Source: Candidatus Bipolaricaulota bacterium
GTDB taxonomy: Bacteria; Bipolaricaulota; Bipolaricaulia; UBA7950; UBA9294
NCBI GenBank assembly: GCA_030611415.1
Contig: JAUWPW010000002.1
Span: 19,761 to 83,760 of the forward strand
Length of the DNA: 64,000 nucleotides
Direction of reading: 5' to 3'
Shown: positions 1 through 9,853 of the stretch, piece by piece
Numbering within the stretch: the first letter of the stretch is position 1
How the letters are laid out: every line of letters begins with the position of its first letter
The notes under the pieces: model-generated
The model's input: only the letters and a program-made list of their open reading frames with translations
What the model was told of the DNA's origin: nothing
Database searches by the model: none
Made by a program: the position numbers and the translations under genes

Positions 1-879
1 GTCAATGCCCTTACGGGAGCGGTTGGTCTTGGTTCCACTCTGGATAGCCTTCAACTTGGTCGCACCGTTGCTTTGGCAAACAAAGAAAGCCTGGTAATCG
101 GAGGAGAACTAATAGGTGAACTCTTGGCCAAATACAAAGGAAAGATCCTACCAATTGATAGCGAACATAATGCTCTTGTGCAGTGTTTGTGGGCAGGCAA
201 GCGGGCTGAGGTAGCCCGAGTGATCATTACTGCATCAGGTGGACCATTCTTAAATACACCTACAGAAGAACTCGTTCATGTTCGACCAGAGCAAGCCCTT
301 AGACACCCTAATTGGTTAATGGGCAAGCGAATCAGCGTCGATTCTGCGACGATGGTTAACAAGGGCTTTGAGGTAATCGAAGCTCATTACTTGTTTTCAC
401 TTCCCTACGAGAAAATCGATGTCATTATTCATCCGGGATCAGTAATACACTCATTTGTTGAATACTGCGATGGATCTATTCTTGCTGAGTTGGCAGCGCC
501 GGATATGCGTATCCCCATTCAGTATGCCTTGGTCTACCCTGCTCGTGTGGAGACAGGGCTTCCCCGACTTGATCTTGAGAAGATAGGAAGAATAGAGTTT
601 GAGGCACTGTCCCGAGAGCAGTTCCCTGCTTTTGCAACAGTTCTCAGCGCTGGCCAAATCGGAGGAACCGCTCCTGCTGCAATCAATGCAGCTGATGAGG
701 TACTTGTGGATCGATTTCTGAAAGGAAAAATTCCATTTACCGCACTTGCTGAAGGACTTGGGACAATTCTGTCTCGACACATGGATAAGAATACTGGCAC
801 CAAACAAAGAGTTGACTTTTCTGCAATCCTTGCTGCTGACAAGTGGGCACGCAAGGAGGCAAGGGATCTATTTCCTTAA
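1..879 (+). CDS. dxr: 1-deoxy-D-xylulose 5-phosphate reductoisomerase, C-terminal ~290 aa (5' end outside window)
   Basis: Frame 1 is open from nt 1 (VNALTGAVGLGSTL...ALANKESLV), continuous with the 73..879 ORF; matches the Dxr catalytic and C-terminal domains (NKGFEVIEAHYLF motif). Confidence 0.85.
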   Translation, partial: VNALTGAVGLGSTLDSLQLGRTVALANKESLVIGGELIGELLAKYKGKILPIDSEHNALVQCLWAGKRAEVARVIITASGGPFLNTPTEELVHVRPEQALRHPNWLMGKRISVDSATMVNKGFEVIEAHYLFSLPYEKIDVIIHPGSVIHSFVEYCDGSILAELAAPDMRIPIQYALVYPARVETGLPRLDLEKIGRIEFEALSREQFPAFATVLSAGQIGGTAPAAINAADEVLVDRFLKGKIPFTALAEGLGTILSRHMDKNTGTKQRVDFSAILAADKWARKEARDLFP

Positions 880-1027
880 TGAGGAATAGCTTTCCTGCAT
901 AATTGTCCCAATCTTGAGGTTAGCTTCGTATGGGATCCGCCATGGACCTTGGATCGAATGTCTGAGACGGCCAAGAAACATCTTAGCTATGATCGTTGAG
1001 AACAGCTTGGCGTAATCGTTATGGGAA

Positions 1028-2530
1028 CTAGTCTTTCCCACCCATCCACATAAGCTGCCACAATCCACTTAACCTGGCGTAGATCAAGTAAGAAACAACT
1101 GCAGCTGTCATTGGAATAATAACCTTCAACAGTTGTGAGGCCTCACCTGCCAGTGACCTGGCACACCAAGAAACAAGAAAAACCACTGTTGCTCCTCCTA
1201 TGATCTTTAGCAAGTGGGTAGCTAGTTCACTATCTGGATGAAACTTTCGCCAGAGGAATACTGCAAGTATGCTTGCGTTGACACAACCAGCAATTGAAGT
1301 GGCGAATGCTAATCCTGCTTCACGCATTGGCCCAACAAGCAGTAGATCAAAGGCAATGTTTGCCCCTACCGCACAAGCAGATGCAATTACTGGAACAAGC
1401 GTTTGACCGCTGGCGTAGAAAGCACGTGTGAAAATGGATACCAACCCATAGAAGAAGAGGCCAATTAGGTAAAAGGAAAGCACGTGTGCTGTGCGTATTG
1501 TTGCCGCTGGAGTGAAGCATCCGTGTTCAAACAAGAGGCGGATGACATCACCGCCAATCACGTACAAACCAACCATTGCCGGAAGCAGCATGAATGCCGT
1601 GGCACTTATTCCTTCACCAAGATATTTTGAGAACCTCTCATTGTCTCCATGGGCAAGAGCAGTTGAGAAGCGCGGCAATAAAGCAGCCGCAATACTTACC
1701 GCAAACATTCCAAGCGGGAGCTGAAATAGTCGCATTGCGTATTGGAGCGATGAAATTCCGCCCTCTCCCAAATGTGAGGCGAGCTTGTTGTCTACCAGTA
1801 GATTGATTTGAACAACAGCAAGCCCAAGAATAGCAGGTGCCATCAATCGCATCATCTTGCGAACGCCTGGATGCAATGGAAGCAAGGTGAAGTGAAATCG
1901 AAACCCCGCCCGGTAAAGAGCAGGAACCTGAATAAGGAGTTGTCCAGCGCCGCCAATTAGTACTCCGAATCCCAGCCCAAAAATCGGGTTAGGTAGGCGA
2001 GGAGAAAGGACAAGTGCCCCGGTGATCATCCCCAGGTTGAATAGAACTGGGGCAAGGGATGGGACGAAAAAACGACGATATCCATTGAGTATGCCCATGA
2101 AGACCGCCGAAAAACCAACAAGAGCAATGAATGGAAACAACAAACGGGAAAGACTTATGGCTAAATGAAGTTCTTCCTCAGCAAATCCGCTAGCTAAGAA
2201 AGACAGATAGGTCGGCGCAAACAGAATCCCTGCAGCAACAACTATTGGGAAAAGAAGTAGCAGGAGTGAAAGAACATTGCTGGCAAAACGGTTTGCGTCT
2301 TTGCCCACAACTAGTGAGTCAGTGAATACGGGAATAAATGCTGTGGATAGAGCGCCTTCTGCAAGGAGTCCGCGAAGAAAATGAGGGAGAAAGAACGCAA
2401 TTAGGAATGCATCATAAGTACTGCCGGCACCGAAACGATCCGCTATTGCTACATCACGAAACAGTCCAAATACACGTGAAATCCCGGTAGCCAGCGCCAT
2501 CAGCAGGACATCGCGTGCCAGGCGTTTCAT
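1028..2530 (-). CDS. murJ: lipid II flippase MurJ/MviN
   Basis: 500 aa polytopic membrane protein; N-terminus MKRLARDV...ISRVFGLFRDVAIADRFGAGSTYDAF is typical of MurJ. Confidence 0.85.
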   Translation of the reverse strand: MKRLARDVLLMALATGISRVFGLFRDVAIADRFGAGSTYDAFLIAFFLPHFLRGLLAEGALSTAFIPVFTDSLVVGKDANRFASNVLSLLLLLFPIVVAAGILFAPTYLSFLASGFAEEELHLAISLSRLLFPFIALVGFSAVFMGILNGYRRFFVPSLAPVLFNLGMITGALVLSPRLPNPIFGLGFGVLIGGAGQLLIQVPALYRAGFRFHFTLLPLHPGVRKMMRLMAPAILGLAVVQINLLVDNKLASHLGEGGISSLQYAMRLFQLPLGMFAVSIAAALLPRFSTALAHGDNERFSKYLGEGISATAFMLLPAMVGLYVIGGDVIRLLFEHGCFTPAATIRTAHVLSFYLIGLFFYGLVSIFTRAFYASGQTLVPVIASACAVGANIAFDLLLVGPMREAGLAFATSIAGCVNASILAVFLWRKFHPDSELATHLLKIIGGATVVFLVSWCARSLAGEASQLLKVIIPMTAAVVSYLIYARLSGLWQLMWMGGKD

Positions 2531-4230
2531 CGATTGTCAGGAATAAGAAGGAGGCCAGCGGCAACTTTTCCTCCTGTTCCAATTTCCCAGTAGATTGCGC
2601 CGTCCTTGAATACGAGGGAGCTCGAATGACCGCCATCGAACGCTATGGCGTTCTTTATCCTTACTGGCAGACTGTGAAGTATTGCGAGTAGATCAACAAA
2701 ATCCGCTCCAACCGATTCCGTACCCTTTACTACCGCAAGCAAGATCAATCCACCATACCAGTCAGTTGCAAGGACGCTGCGACTAGCAAGCCCACTAACC
2801 AGTGAAGAATTGAGACTAAAAGCTTCCTTTCCGGGATCGAGAACATCCTTACCGGCAACCATTAGAAGCGGCCCTGCGCTGACTGCATCAGTAATAAGTG
2901 GGCCGCCTTGATCGAGCACGTGTTCCACATTCACCTCATCGGAGATACCGATCATTGCCAATCTGGAACAAGCAACTCCGCTTGCCACAACAAGTGTTGC
3001 GGAGCTATCTCGTACTACGTACGGACTGTCTTCTGCTGCCACAACACGATTGGAGCGCACCTTGAGAATGCGGTATGACTTTAGAGATCCTCGGCTAATA
3101 GTACCTGTGTAACTTGGGGTATAAACGACTACCTCATCTGACTTGATCGGCCGATTTACATCATCAATGGTGATCTTCTCCCCGTTTACTCGTAGGAACA
3201 TCGTAATAGTAGGATTAAAAAACACCAGGTGTCCGAAGATATCAATGCCAAGGGCTCCTCGTCGCTCGTAGTTAGAACTCTGCACTTCACCGTTCACGAT
3301 TAGTAATCCCACCGGAATGTTTGTTGCGGTATCAAAGAAATTGGTGTTGATCGCCACAGGTGCGCCGTGGAATTGTGCTATGTCTCTTAGGTACGCAAGG
3401 CTGCCAACTCCGGTGTGGGGAATGGCTGGGGAAAGTCGGTAGTGGTCGCGCCAGCTATCAATGTACAAATAGTTGGTTCTTACTGTCCCATGGCCAAGAT
3501 CACTTTGGATCTGATTGTAGGTAATCCAGGGTAGGATTTCTTCTTTCTCTTTGGCCTGCAATTCATGGTCGAAAACAAGTGATAGTGAGTAGAAGCCTGC
3601 TGAGCTAAATCTCTTGAATTGGGGCAGGCAAGCACTGGAAAAACCGATTGTTAGCTCCACTGTTTGGTTCTTTCCTTCTCGCAACTCTACCGAGCTGATA
3701 GGGCCCTCGCTGAAGGCAAGCCATTGTGAGGCGGTAGCAAGAGAGCAGTGATAGAAACGAAGGCGGATCCTTCCACCGCCTGCTTCTATTGTTCTGCAGG
3801 GAACAAAGCCATCGAAGCGCGCTGTCACCTCATGAGATGTTGGATCGAAACAAGTAAGAGATGCTGGCTCAGTTTCTACATAGACTTCCTTGCCAATTGT
3901 ATGCATTCGCGCGCCAGTGAGCTCCGCAAGTTCTGTAAGTGAAACATAAGCAATTCTGTTGTGGATAAAGAAGTGTTCCACTGGAAACAGTTTCTTTCCC
4001 TTACTAGAACGTGTAAGAATAGATGCGTCTTGGTCGACATAAGATGCTTCTAGGCCAACAAAACGACCAAACTCAAGCAAGGGAACCATTACTCGCCCGG
4101 CATCTTGGAACGCTCGATGGAGAAGGATAACTTGATCGTTATTCACCCATAGAAGCACCCTATCACTAGCCGCAAGAACAGCGACAAAGACACACAACAA
4201 AGCAATCCCAGTTAGGCACCCGCTTCTCAT
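2527..4230 (-). CDS. secreted/membrane-anchored phosphodiester glycosidase family protein (NAGPA-like, DUF2233-type C-terminal domain)
   Basis: N-terminal signal/TM (GIALLCVFVAVLAAS). C-terminal region has VNTNFFD...VGLLIVNGE and AFDGGHSSSLVF motifs like NAGPA-family phosphodiester glycosidases. Stop/start overlaps murJ (2527-2530). Confidence 0.5.
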   Translation of the reverse strand: MRSGCLTGIALLCVFVAVLAASDRVLLWVNNDQVILLHRAFQDAGRVMVPLLEFGRFVGLEASYVDQDASILTRSSKGKKLFPVEHFFIHNRIAYVSLTELAELTGARMHTIGKEVYVETEPASLTCFDPTSHEVTARFDGFVPCRTIEAGGGRIRLRFYHCSLATASQWLAFSEGPISSVELREGKNQTVELTIGFSSACLPQFKRFSSAGFYSLSLVFDHELQAKEKEEILPWITYNQIQSDLGHGTVRTNYLYIDSWRDHYRLSPAIPHTGVGSLAYLRDIAQFHGAPVAINTNFFDTATNIPVGLLIVNGEVQSSNYERRGALGIDIFGHLVFFNPTITMFLRVNGEKITIDDVNRPIKSDEVVVYTPSYTGTISRGSLKSYRILKVRSNRVVAAEDSPYVVRDSSATLVVASGVACSRLAMIGISDEVNVEHVLDQGGPLITDAVSAGPLLMVAGKDVLDPGKEAFSLNSSLVSGLASRSVLATDWYGGLILLAVVKGTESVGADFVDLLAILHSLPVRIKNAIAFDGGHSSSLVFKDGAIYWEIGTGGKVAAGLLLIPDNR

Positions 4231-4236
4231 TGCGGG

Positions 4237-4710
4237 TTAATCCTCCCTTATCTCCTCCCTATCGACACGAATACGAAGCTCTACTGAAATATCCTTGTAC
4301 AAACTGATTAGCACCATGTGTGAGCCAAGGGTCTCAATAGGACGCTCCAACAGGACACGAGATGCCTCAATATGTTCTCCGAGCTCTTCTTCAATCTTAG
4401 AAACGATTTCCTCTGCTCGCACAGAGCCGTACAATTGATTATTGTCATGAGCTTTGCGAGCAAAGATGAAGTCACAGCCTCTAAGGGCGTTGCGCAGGCG
4501 AATGGCTTTTGCTTCTCGCTGTTCTATTTCCACCTCATGTACTAGTTTTGCTTTTGCATAGCGAGCAATGTTGTGCTCCGTTGGCGTAACAGCTAGCCCA
4601 CCAGGAAATAGGTAATTTCGTGCATAACCATTAGCAACATCTACTACTTCTCCTACATGCCCAAGCGAGGAAATAGTCTCCGTTAACAATATCTTAGTAA
4701 TGTTCATCAC
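4237..4710 (-). CDS. rplI: 50S ribosomal protein L9
   Basis: 157 aa; N-terminal MNITKILL...LGHVGEVVDVANGYARNYLFP is the L9 N-domain signature. Confidence 0.9.
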   Translation of the reverse strand: MMNITKILLTETISSLGHVGEVVDVANGYARNYLFPGGLAVTPTEHNIARYAKAKLVHEVEIEQREAKAIRLRNALRGCDFIFARKAHDNNQLYGSVRAEEIVSKIEEELGEHIEASRVLLERPIETLGSHMVLISLYKDISVELRIRVDREEIRED

Positions 4711-4809
4711 CTCTTTTCATTATTGGTACAAATTGTAGTCTGCACTTTGTGGGGCGTCAAATCGCTACTATATGGCTTTGCCTGTGTGTGGTATACTTGC
4801 AGTATTGAT

Positions 4810-5652
4810 ATGAACTGGTTAGAAAAATGGGAGGAGAAGAGGGATCGAGTACTAGTGATGGGGGTGTTGAATCTCACTCCGGACTCATTCTATGACGGAG
4901 GAAGCTATCCCACACAGAGGGCAGCGGTCAACCGTGCCCTGGAGATGGTGGATGAAGGAGCGGATATCATTGATATTGGCGGTGAGTCAAGCAGACCAGA
5001 CGCGGCGCCTGTCTCTGAACGTGAAGAGCTAGGCCGTGTTCTGCCAGTAATCAAGAGAATACGCAAGCAGAGCGAGATCATGTTATCCATTGATACTACC
5101 AAGGCAACGGTTGCCGCCGAGGCAATTGCGTGTGGTACAACAATCGTGAATGATATCAGTGCTCTTAGATCTGACCCTGGGATGGCTCGCGTGATAGCCA
5201 GAAACAAGGTCTTTCTCGTATTGATGCACATGCAAGGAACACCAAGGACAATGCAACACGACCCTATCTACGGTGATCCTGTTCGTGAGATTAGTGGCTT
5301 TCTGCAAGAACGAATCAAGGTTGCCCTAGGAGCTTCGATTCCTTGCCAGCGGATCATCGTTGATCCAGGAATTGGTTTCGGAAAGAAGCTTGAACATAAT
5401 CTAGTCATTCTACAAAACCTGAATAGATTTGCCACACTTGAGGTGCCAATACTTGTTGGGCTATCCCGTAAATCATTTATTGGACAGATCCTCGGCTCAG
5501 GTGCCGAGGATCGCTTGACTGCTACAATTGCCGCTAATGCGATCGCCGTAGCGAATGGAGCCAACATCATTCGCGTCCACGACGTAAAAGAAGGGAGAAG
5601 AACGGCTGACGTTGCTTGCCGTTTACGAAGAAGAAATGCTCAAGACAAATGA
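4810..5652 (+). CDS. folP: dihydropteroate synthase
   Basis: VMGVLNLTPDSFYDGG pterin-binding motif about 17 aa after the ATG at 4810. The ORF-track start 4723 adds a non-homologous N-terminus and is rejected. Confidence 0.85.
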   Translation: MNWLEKWEEKRDRVLVMGVLNLTPDSFYDGGSYPTQRAAVNRALEMVDEGADIIDIGGESSRPDAAPVSEREELGRVLPVIKRIRKQSEIMLSIDTTKATVAAEAIACGTTIVNDISALRSDPGMARVIARNKVFLVLMHMQGTPRTMQHDPIYGDPVREISGFLQERIKVALGASIPCQRIIVDPGIGFGKKLEHNLVILQNLNRFATLEVPILVGLSRKSFIGQILGSGAEDRLTATIAANAIAVANGANIIRVHDVKEGRRTADVACRLRRRNAQDK

Positions 5653-6085
5653 TTTCTTTGAACATCTTGGAAAAAAGCTCCCGGTAGAACTGTGTTTCAA
5701 AGGGATTTCAGCACCATCTCTGCAAGGATGCTTGCGAGAGGATATTGTTGCCGTCGGCCATGGCTTTGGGCAACTAGACAACATCTATTTGACACTCAGC
5801 ATTTCTACAACAATTGAGAGGCCTTGTTGCCGCTGCCTTGCTCCTGTCTACGCACGGATAAATCTGCGTGAGGTGTTCAAGATTAGAACTGAACCAACAG
5901 AGGACGAAATTGATCTATTGCCACATATTCTTGCGGCTATCCGCGCTTCACTTGATCCACATCCGCTTTGTCAACCCAATTGTCGGGGTCTGTGTCCAGT
6001 TTGCGGAATCAACCTTAATCAACACCCTGAACACAAACCACAATCGGCGGAAGTAGAGAAGCGAAAGCTGGCGGATTTCTTGTGA
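5612..6085 (+). CDS. DUF177 (YceD-like) protein with C-terminal Cys cluster
   Basis: About 150 aa with CCRC...C..C..C motif, placed like yceD. Start is ambiguous: TTG 5612 or ATG 5636. Both overlap the folP stop. Confidence 0.55.
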   Translation: MLAVYEEEMLKTNDFFEHLGKKLPVELCFKGISAPSLQGCLREDIVAVGHGFGQLDNIYLTLSISTTIERPCCRCLAPVYARINLREVFKIRTEPTEDEIDLLPHILAAIRASLDPHPLCQPNCRGLCPVCGINLNQHPEHKPQSAEVEKRKLADFL

Positions 6086-6588
6086 CTCAGAGAGTGATTG
6101 CCTTAGGTTTTGACCCGGGTCTTGCAACCACTGGATATGGGGTGGTACGAAAATCATCAAATGGCTGGGAAGTTGTGGCTGGAGGAACAATTGAGACACC
6201 GCCCGCCACTGCACGCGCCACTCGCTTTCAGAAGATTTATGAGGAAGCGCGTGCACTGATCCAGACCTACCATCCGGATGGTGTAGCAATTGAAGAGGTG
6301 TACATGGCTAAGAACACACTTACAGCAATGCTTACCGCAGAAACACGTGGCGTACTCCTTCTTGCCGCAGTAGATGTACCCATATACTGCTACACTCCGC
6401 TACAGGTAAAAAAACAGATCACCGGCTATGGTAGAGCAAACAAGAAACAGGTGCAATTGATGGTGAAAAGGCTCCTTCACCTTTCAGAGGTTCCACAACC
6501 AGATGACATGGCCGATGGCCTGGCTATTGCCCTTTGTTGTCTAATTGAGTTGAGCGGAGTGCAAATGGAGAAGCATGCTTACCTATAA
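6082..6588 (+). CDS. ruvC: crossover junction endodeoxyribonuclease RuvC
   Basis: RVIALGFDPGLATTGYGVV N-terminus of the RuvC RNase-H-fold resolvase. GTGA overlap with the upstream gene. Confidence 0.9.
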   Translation: MTQRVIALGFDPGLATTGYGVVRKSSNGWEVVAGGTIETPPATARATRFQKIYEEARALIQTYHPDGVAIEEVYMAKNTLTAMLTAETRGVLLLAAVDVPIYCYTPLQVKKQITGYGRANKKQVQLMVKRLLHLSEVPQPDDMADGLAIALCCLIELSGVQMEKHAYL

Positions 6589-9310
6589 GGAGCTACTAGG
6601 ACTGATAGAAGAACCCAGCAACAAAAGGATTCTACTGTTCGACGGGAATTACCTTGCCTACCGTTCCTTCTACGCCATCCGCGAACTTTCCACCAATGAC
6701 GGTCATCCGGTGAACGCAGTCTACGGGTTCTGGCGAATACTGATGAAAATGTTGCGTGAGTTTCCTTCTGCCTATGTCACGGTTGCCTTTGACTCTGGAG
6801 GGAAGACCTTTCGCCACGAGCTTTATCAAGCCTACAAGGCTACACGTAAAGAAACCCCGGCTGAACTTAGAGAGCAGTTTCCGGTTATCCGTAAACTGTT
6901 GCAACAATTAGGAATCAATGTGGTAATGCAACAAGGAGTGGAGGCAGATGACATTCTTGCCAGCATTGCTTGCCAGGCAGCAGAGAGTGCCCTTGATGTG
7001 CTTATCGTTTCTTCGGACAAAGACCTTGCGCAGCTTGTTAGTGACAAAATCTCGATCGTCCGTCCGTCTGCTCGTCGGACTAAAGATGTAGGGGAAATTC
7101 TAGATAGAGAAGGAGTACGCGCGCGCTTTAAGGTGCCACCAGAGAGGATTATTGATTTCCTTTCCCTTGCAGGGGACACCTCTGACAACATACCCGGTAT
7201 TCCGTCGGTGGGGAAAAAGCGGGCTTCACAACTTCTTGAACGGTTTGGCTCTCTGGATGCGATCTTGGAGCATCCAAATGAGATCAGAAGCGCAAGAGTA
7301 CGAGAGAACCTAATACAGCATGCCGACAAAGCCTTGCTCGCGCGCGAGCTTGTCACCCTCAGAAAAGATGTGGAAGTAGGGAGAATTCCTGAGGATTGCG
7401 CGCTGCAAGGAATAAGCACCGATGAACTGGTACAGCTACTGACAGAGCTTGAGTTCCGCTCTGTCGTCAGTGAGCTTGGTATCAAGAAGGAGGAACTTGG
7501 AAAACAAGACGAAGACAAGAAAGCTAGCTACCATACAATTTTGCTGCGTACTGAACTTGATTCACTGGTTACAAAGGTGGCGAAGCAAGAGATGTTTTCA
7601 ATTGATTTAGAGACAACCAGTCGTGACCCGATGCAAGCCGAGATCGTAGGAATCGCTATCTCGCCGCAGCCGTACGAAGGTTATTATATCCCGGTTGGCC
7701 ATGACTACCTCGGGGCTCCCGGCCAACTTACATGTAGTGAAGTTCTAGAAGCGCTACGCGGGCTGATTGAATCGACATGCCCACAGATCATTGGACAGAA
7801 TCTGAAATACGATCTGATCATCCTCTATAGATACGGACTGCATCCAAAAGGGATTTGCTTTGACACAATGCTTGCTTCGCATCTTGCCCAACCAGACGAA
7901 CCTCGGCACAACTTGGAGAAAATCGCAAGCTCATATCTAAACTACAAAATGCTCTCTTACGCCGAGCTTGCTGGCAAGGACGGCTCAATCGCCGCAGTTC
8001 CGATAGAACGCTCCACGTTCTATGCTGCGGAAGACGCGGAGATCGTCTTTCGCTTGAAAGCACCTCTGGAAAAGGCCCTCGACAAGGTGCGGGCAACCAA
8101 GCTCTTTCAAGAAGTGGAAATTCCTCTCATCTCAGTGTTGGCGAGAATGGAGCAGAATGGGATTCTTCTAGACAAGGAAATCCTGGCCATCCAAGGTGAG
8201 CAAATCAGAAAGAAGCTGACAGTTATCAAAGAGGACTTGTATGAAATTGCAGGTGAGCGCTTTAATCCCAGCTCCCCAAAACAGGTGGCCGAGGTGCTAT
8301 TTGATCACCTTGGTCTTCCAGTGATCGAGAGAACGAAGACGGGACCCTCGACAAGCGCGCGCGTATTAGCTAGGCTGGCGGCGGAACATCCGTTGCCTGG
8401 GGAGTTACTTACATATCGAGAGTTGGAAAAACTGATGAACACTTACATCAAGCGCCTACCTGCCGCGGTGAACCCACGAACCGGACGAATCCACACATCG
8501 TTTCATCAAACTTCTACTACCACCGGACGACTCTCTTCCTCTGACCCCAACCTACAAAACATTCCCATTCGCACCGAGGTAGGAGAGAGGATTCGCCGGG
8601 CGTTCATAGCTCCAAAAGGGTCGCTATTCATCGGAGCTGACTATTCGCAAATAGAACTACGATTACTGGCACACCTATCACAAGATAAAGGATTGATCGC
8701 AGCATTCGAGCATGGAGAGGACTTGCATCGCCTGACTGCGAGCCGCATCTTTGGGATTACCGAGGAAAAGGTAACTCACAGACTGCGCAACGCCGCCAAA
8801 CGGATCAACTTTGGGATCCTCTATGGGATTAGTCCGTACGGGCTGGCGCGAGAACTTTCCATTTCGCAGGTCGAAGCCAAGGCTTACATTGATCTGTTCT
8901 TCACTGCGTACCCAGAGGCAAAACATTGGATCGACAAGATGATAAAGCTTGCGGAAGAACGCGGTTACACAGAGACAATACTTGGCCGGCGCAGGCCACT
9001 TGTTCACATAAAATCGAGAAATATGGCAAGGCGGAATTTCGACAAGAGAAACGCGGTCAACACCCCCATTCAGGGAAGTGCTGCCGACCTGATCAAGCTC
9101 GCGATGCTTAGGATAGACCAGTTGATTGAGGAAGATGCAGTGAAGGCCAAGATGCTGCTACAAATCCATGACGAATTGGTCTTCGAGGTGAAGGAAGAGT
9201 ATTGTGAACAGGTGGCCAAACAAGTCAAACAGGAAATGGAACAGGTGATGGAATTACATCTCCCCTTGCAAGTTACAGTTAAGTGTGGTACAAAGTGGAG
9301 TGACATCTAA
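6575..9310 (+). CDS. polA: DNA polymerase I (5'-3' exonuclease + 3'-5' exo-like + polymerase domains)
   Basis: 911 aa. N-terminal FEN/5'-3' exo region, then polymerase motifs A (DYSQIELR), B (RRNAKRINFGILYG) and C (QIHDELVFE). Confidence 0.92.
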   Translation: MLTYKELLGLIEEPSNKRILLFDGNYLAYRSFYAIRELSTNDGHPVNAVYGFWRILMKMLREFPSAYVTVAFDSGGKTFRHELYQAYKATRKETPAELREQFPVIRKLLQQLGINVVMQQGVEADDILASIACQAAESALDVLIVSSDKDLAQLVSDKISIVRPSARRTKDVGEILDREGVRARFKVPPERIIDFLSLAGDTSDNIPGIPSVGKKRASQLLERFGSLDAILEHPNEIRSARVRENLIQHADKALLARELVTLRKDVEVGRIPEDCALQGISTDELVQLLTELEFRSVVSELGIKKEELGKQDEDKKASYHTILLRTELDSLVTKVAKQEMFSIDLETTSRDPMQAEIVGIAISPQPYEGYYIPVGHDYLGAPGQLTCSEVLEALRGLIESTCPQIIGQNLKYDLIILYRYGLHPKGICFDTMLASHLAQPDEPRHNLEKIASSYLNYKMLSYAELAGKDGSIAAVPIERSTFYAAEDAEIVFRLKAPLEKALDKVRATKLFQEVEIPLISVLARMEQNGILLDKEILAIQGEQIRKKLTVIKEDLYEIAGERFNPSSPKQVAEVLFDHLGLPVIERTKTGPSTSARVLARLAAEHPLPGELLTYRELEKLMNTYIKRLPAAVNPRTGRIHTSFHQTSTTTGRLSSSDPNLQNIPIRTEVGERIRRAFIAPKGSLFIGADYSQIELRLLAHLSQDKGLIAAFEHGEDLHRLTASRIFGITEEKVTHRLRNAAKRINFGILYGISPYGLARELSISQVEAKAYIDLFFTAYPEAKHWIDKMIKLAEERGYTETILGRRRPLVHIKSRNMARRNFDKRNAVNTPIQGSAADLIKLAMLRIDQLIEEDAVKAKMLLQIHDELVFEVKEEYCEQVAKQVKQEMEQVMELHLPLQVTVKCGTKWSDI

Positions 9311-9353
9311 GAGTAGATAGGGAGGAGAAATACTCAAGCTTGGCTACTGGCTA

Positions 9354-9569
9354 ATGATATTGGCGGGAGTACTTCTTGGAGGATATGTTAGCTACTTCTT
9401 GGTTCGCGCAATCATTACGGCCCCGGGAATCGGCAATTTCTTCAAAGTAGTAATCCTTGTTGGAACGGGTGGTCTTATCATTACTATCATTGGTTTAATC
9501 CGAGAACGAAGAAAGGAGGGTCATAATACTTCTGATAACGACCGAGACAATCAAGGGAAGAGAGATTAG
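9354..9569 (+). CDS. small 2-TM membrane protein (hypothetical)
   Basis: 71 aa with two hydrophobic helices and a charged tail. Its 3' end overlaps the homology-defined start of the ybjQ-like gene, so it is doubtful. Confidence 0.3.
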   Translation: MILAGVLLGGYVSYFLVRAIITAPGIGNFFKVVILVGTGGLIITIIGLIRERRKEGHNTSDNDRDNQGKRD

Positions 9570-9840
9570 CGAGGTACTTGGGCTTGTACGCGGGAACACA
9601 ATCCGGGCACGCCACATGGGACGAGATATCATGGCTGGCTTGCGCAATATTGTTGGTGGAGAAATCAAGGAGTACACACGGATGCTCTCTCAAGCACGCA
9701 ATCAAGCCGTTGAACGTATGGTGAAGGAAGCTGAGGAATTAGGAGCAGATGCTGTAATTGGAATGCGTTTTACTACTTCGCAGACCATGTCCGGTGCAGC
9801 AGAAATTCTTGCCTACGGAACAGCGGTTAAGTTGGTTTAA
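9532..9840 (+). CDS. YbjQ/UPF0145-family protein (heavy-metal-binding-like), non-canonical start
   Basis: Homology (ITTETIKGREISEVLGLVRG...GMRFTTSQ...AYGTAVKL) extends 28 codons upstream of the first ATG (9616). Only CTG (9532) or ATA (9523/9526) are available after a strong AAAGGAGGG SD. Confidence 0.55.
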   Translation: MITTETIKGREISEVLGLVRGNTIRARHMGRDIMAGLRNIVGGEIKEYTRMLSQARNQAVERMVKEAEELGADAVIGMRFTTSQTMSGAAEILAYGTAVKLV

Positions 9841-9853
9841 AGGAGGGGAACTC

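Noticed and set aside
451-854. Antisense ORFs (451..807-, 534..854-) inside dxr
   Set aside because: Fully embedded opposite a well-supported conserved gene; no RBS; typical high-GC antisense open frames.
868-1068. 66-aa minus-strand ORF between dxr and murJ
   Set aside because: Overlaps the murJ start region, no homology or RBS; likely spurious.
4723-4809. N-terminal 29-codon extension of folP in ORF track
   Set aside because: DHPS homology begins about 17 aa before the VMGVLNLTPDSF motif; the extension is hydrophobic junk in the divergent promoter region.
6832-7518. 228-aa Ser-rich antisense ORF inside polA (and similar ones at 7818..8096, 8678..9007, 9070..9306)
   Set aside because: Embedded antisense to polA; low-complexity translation.
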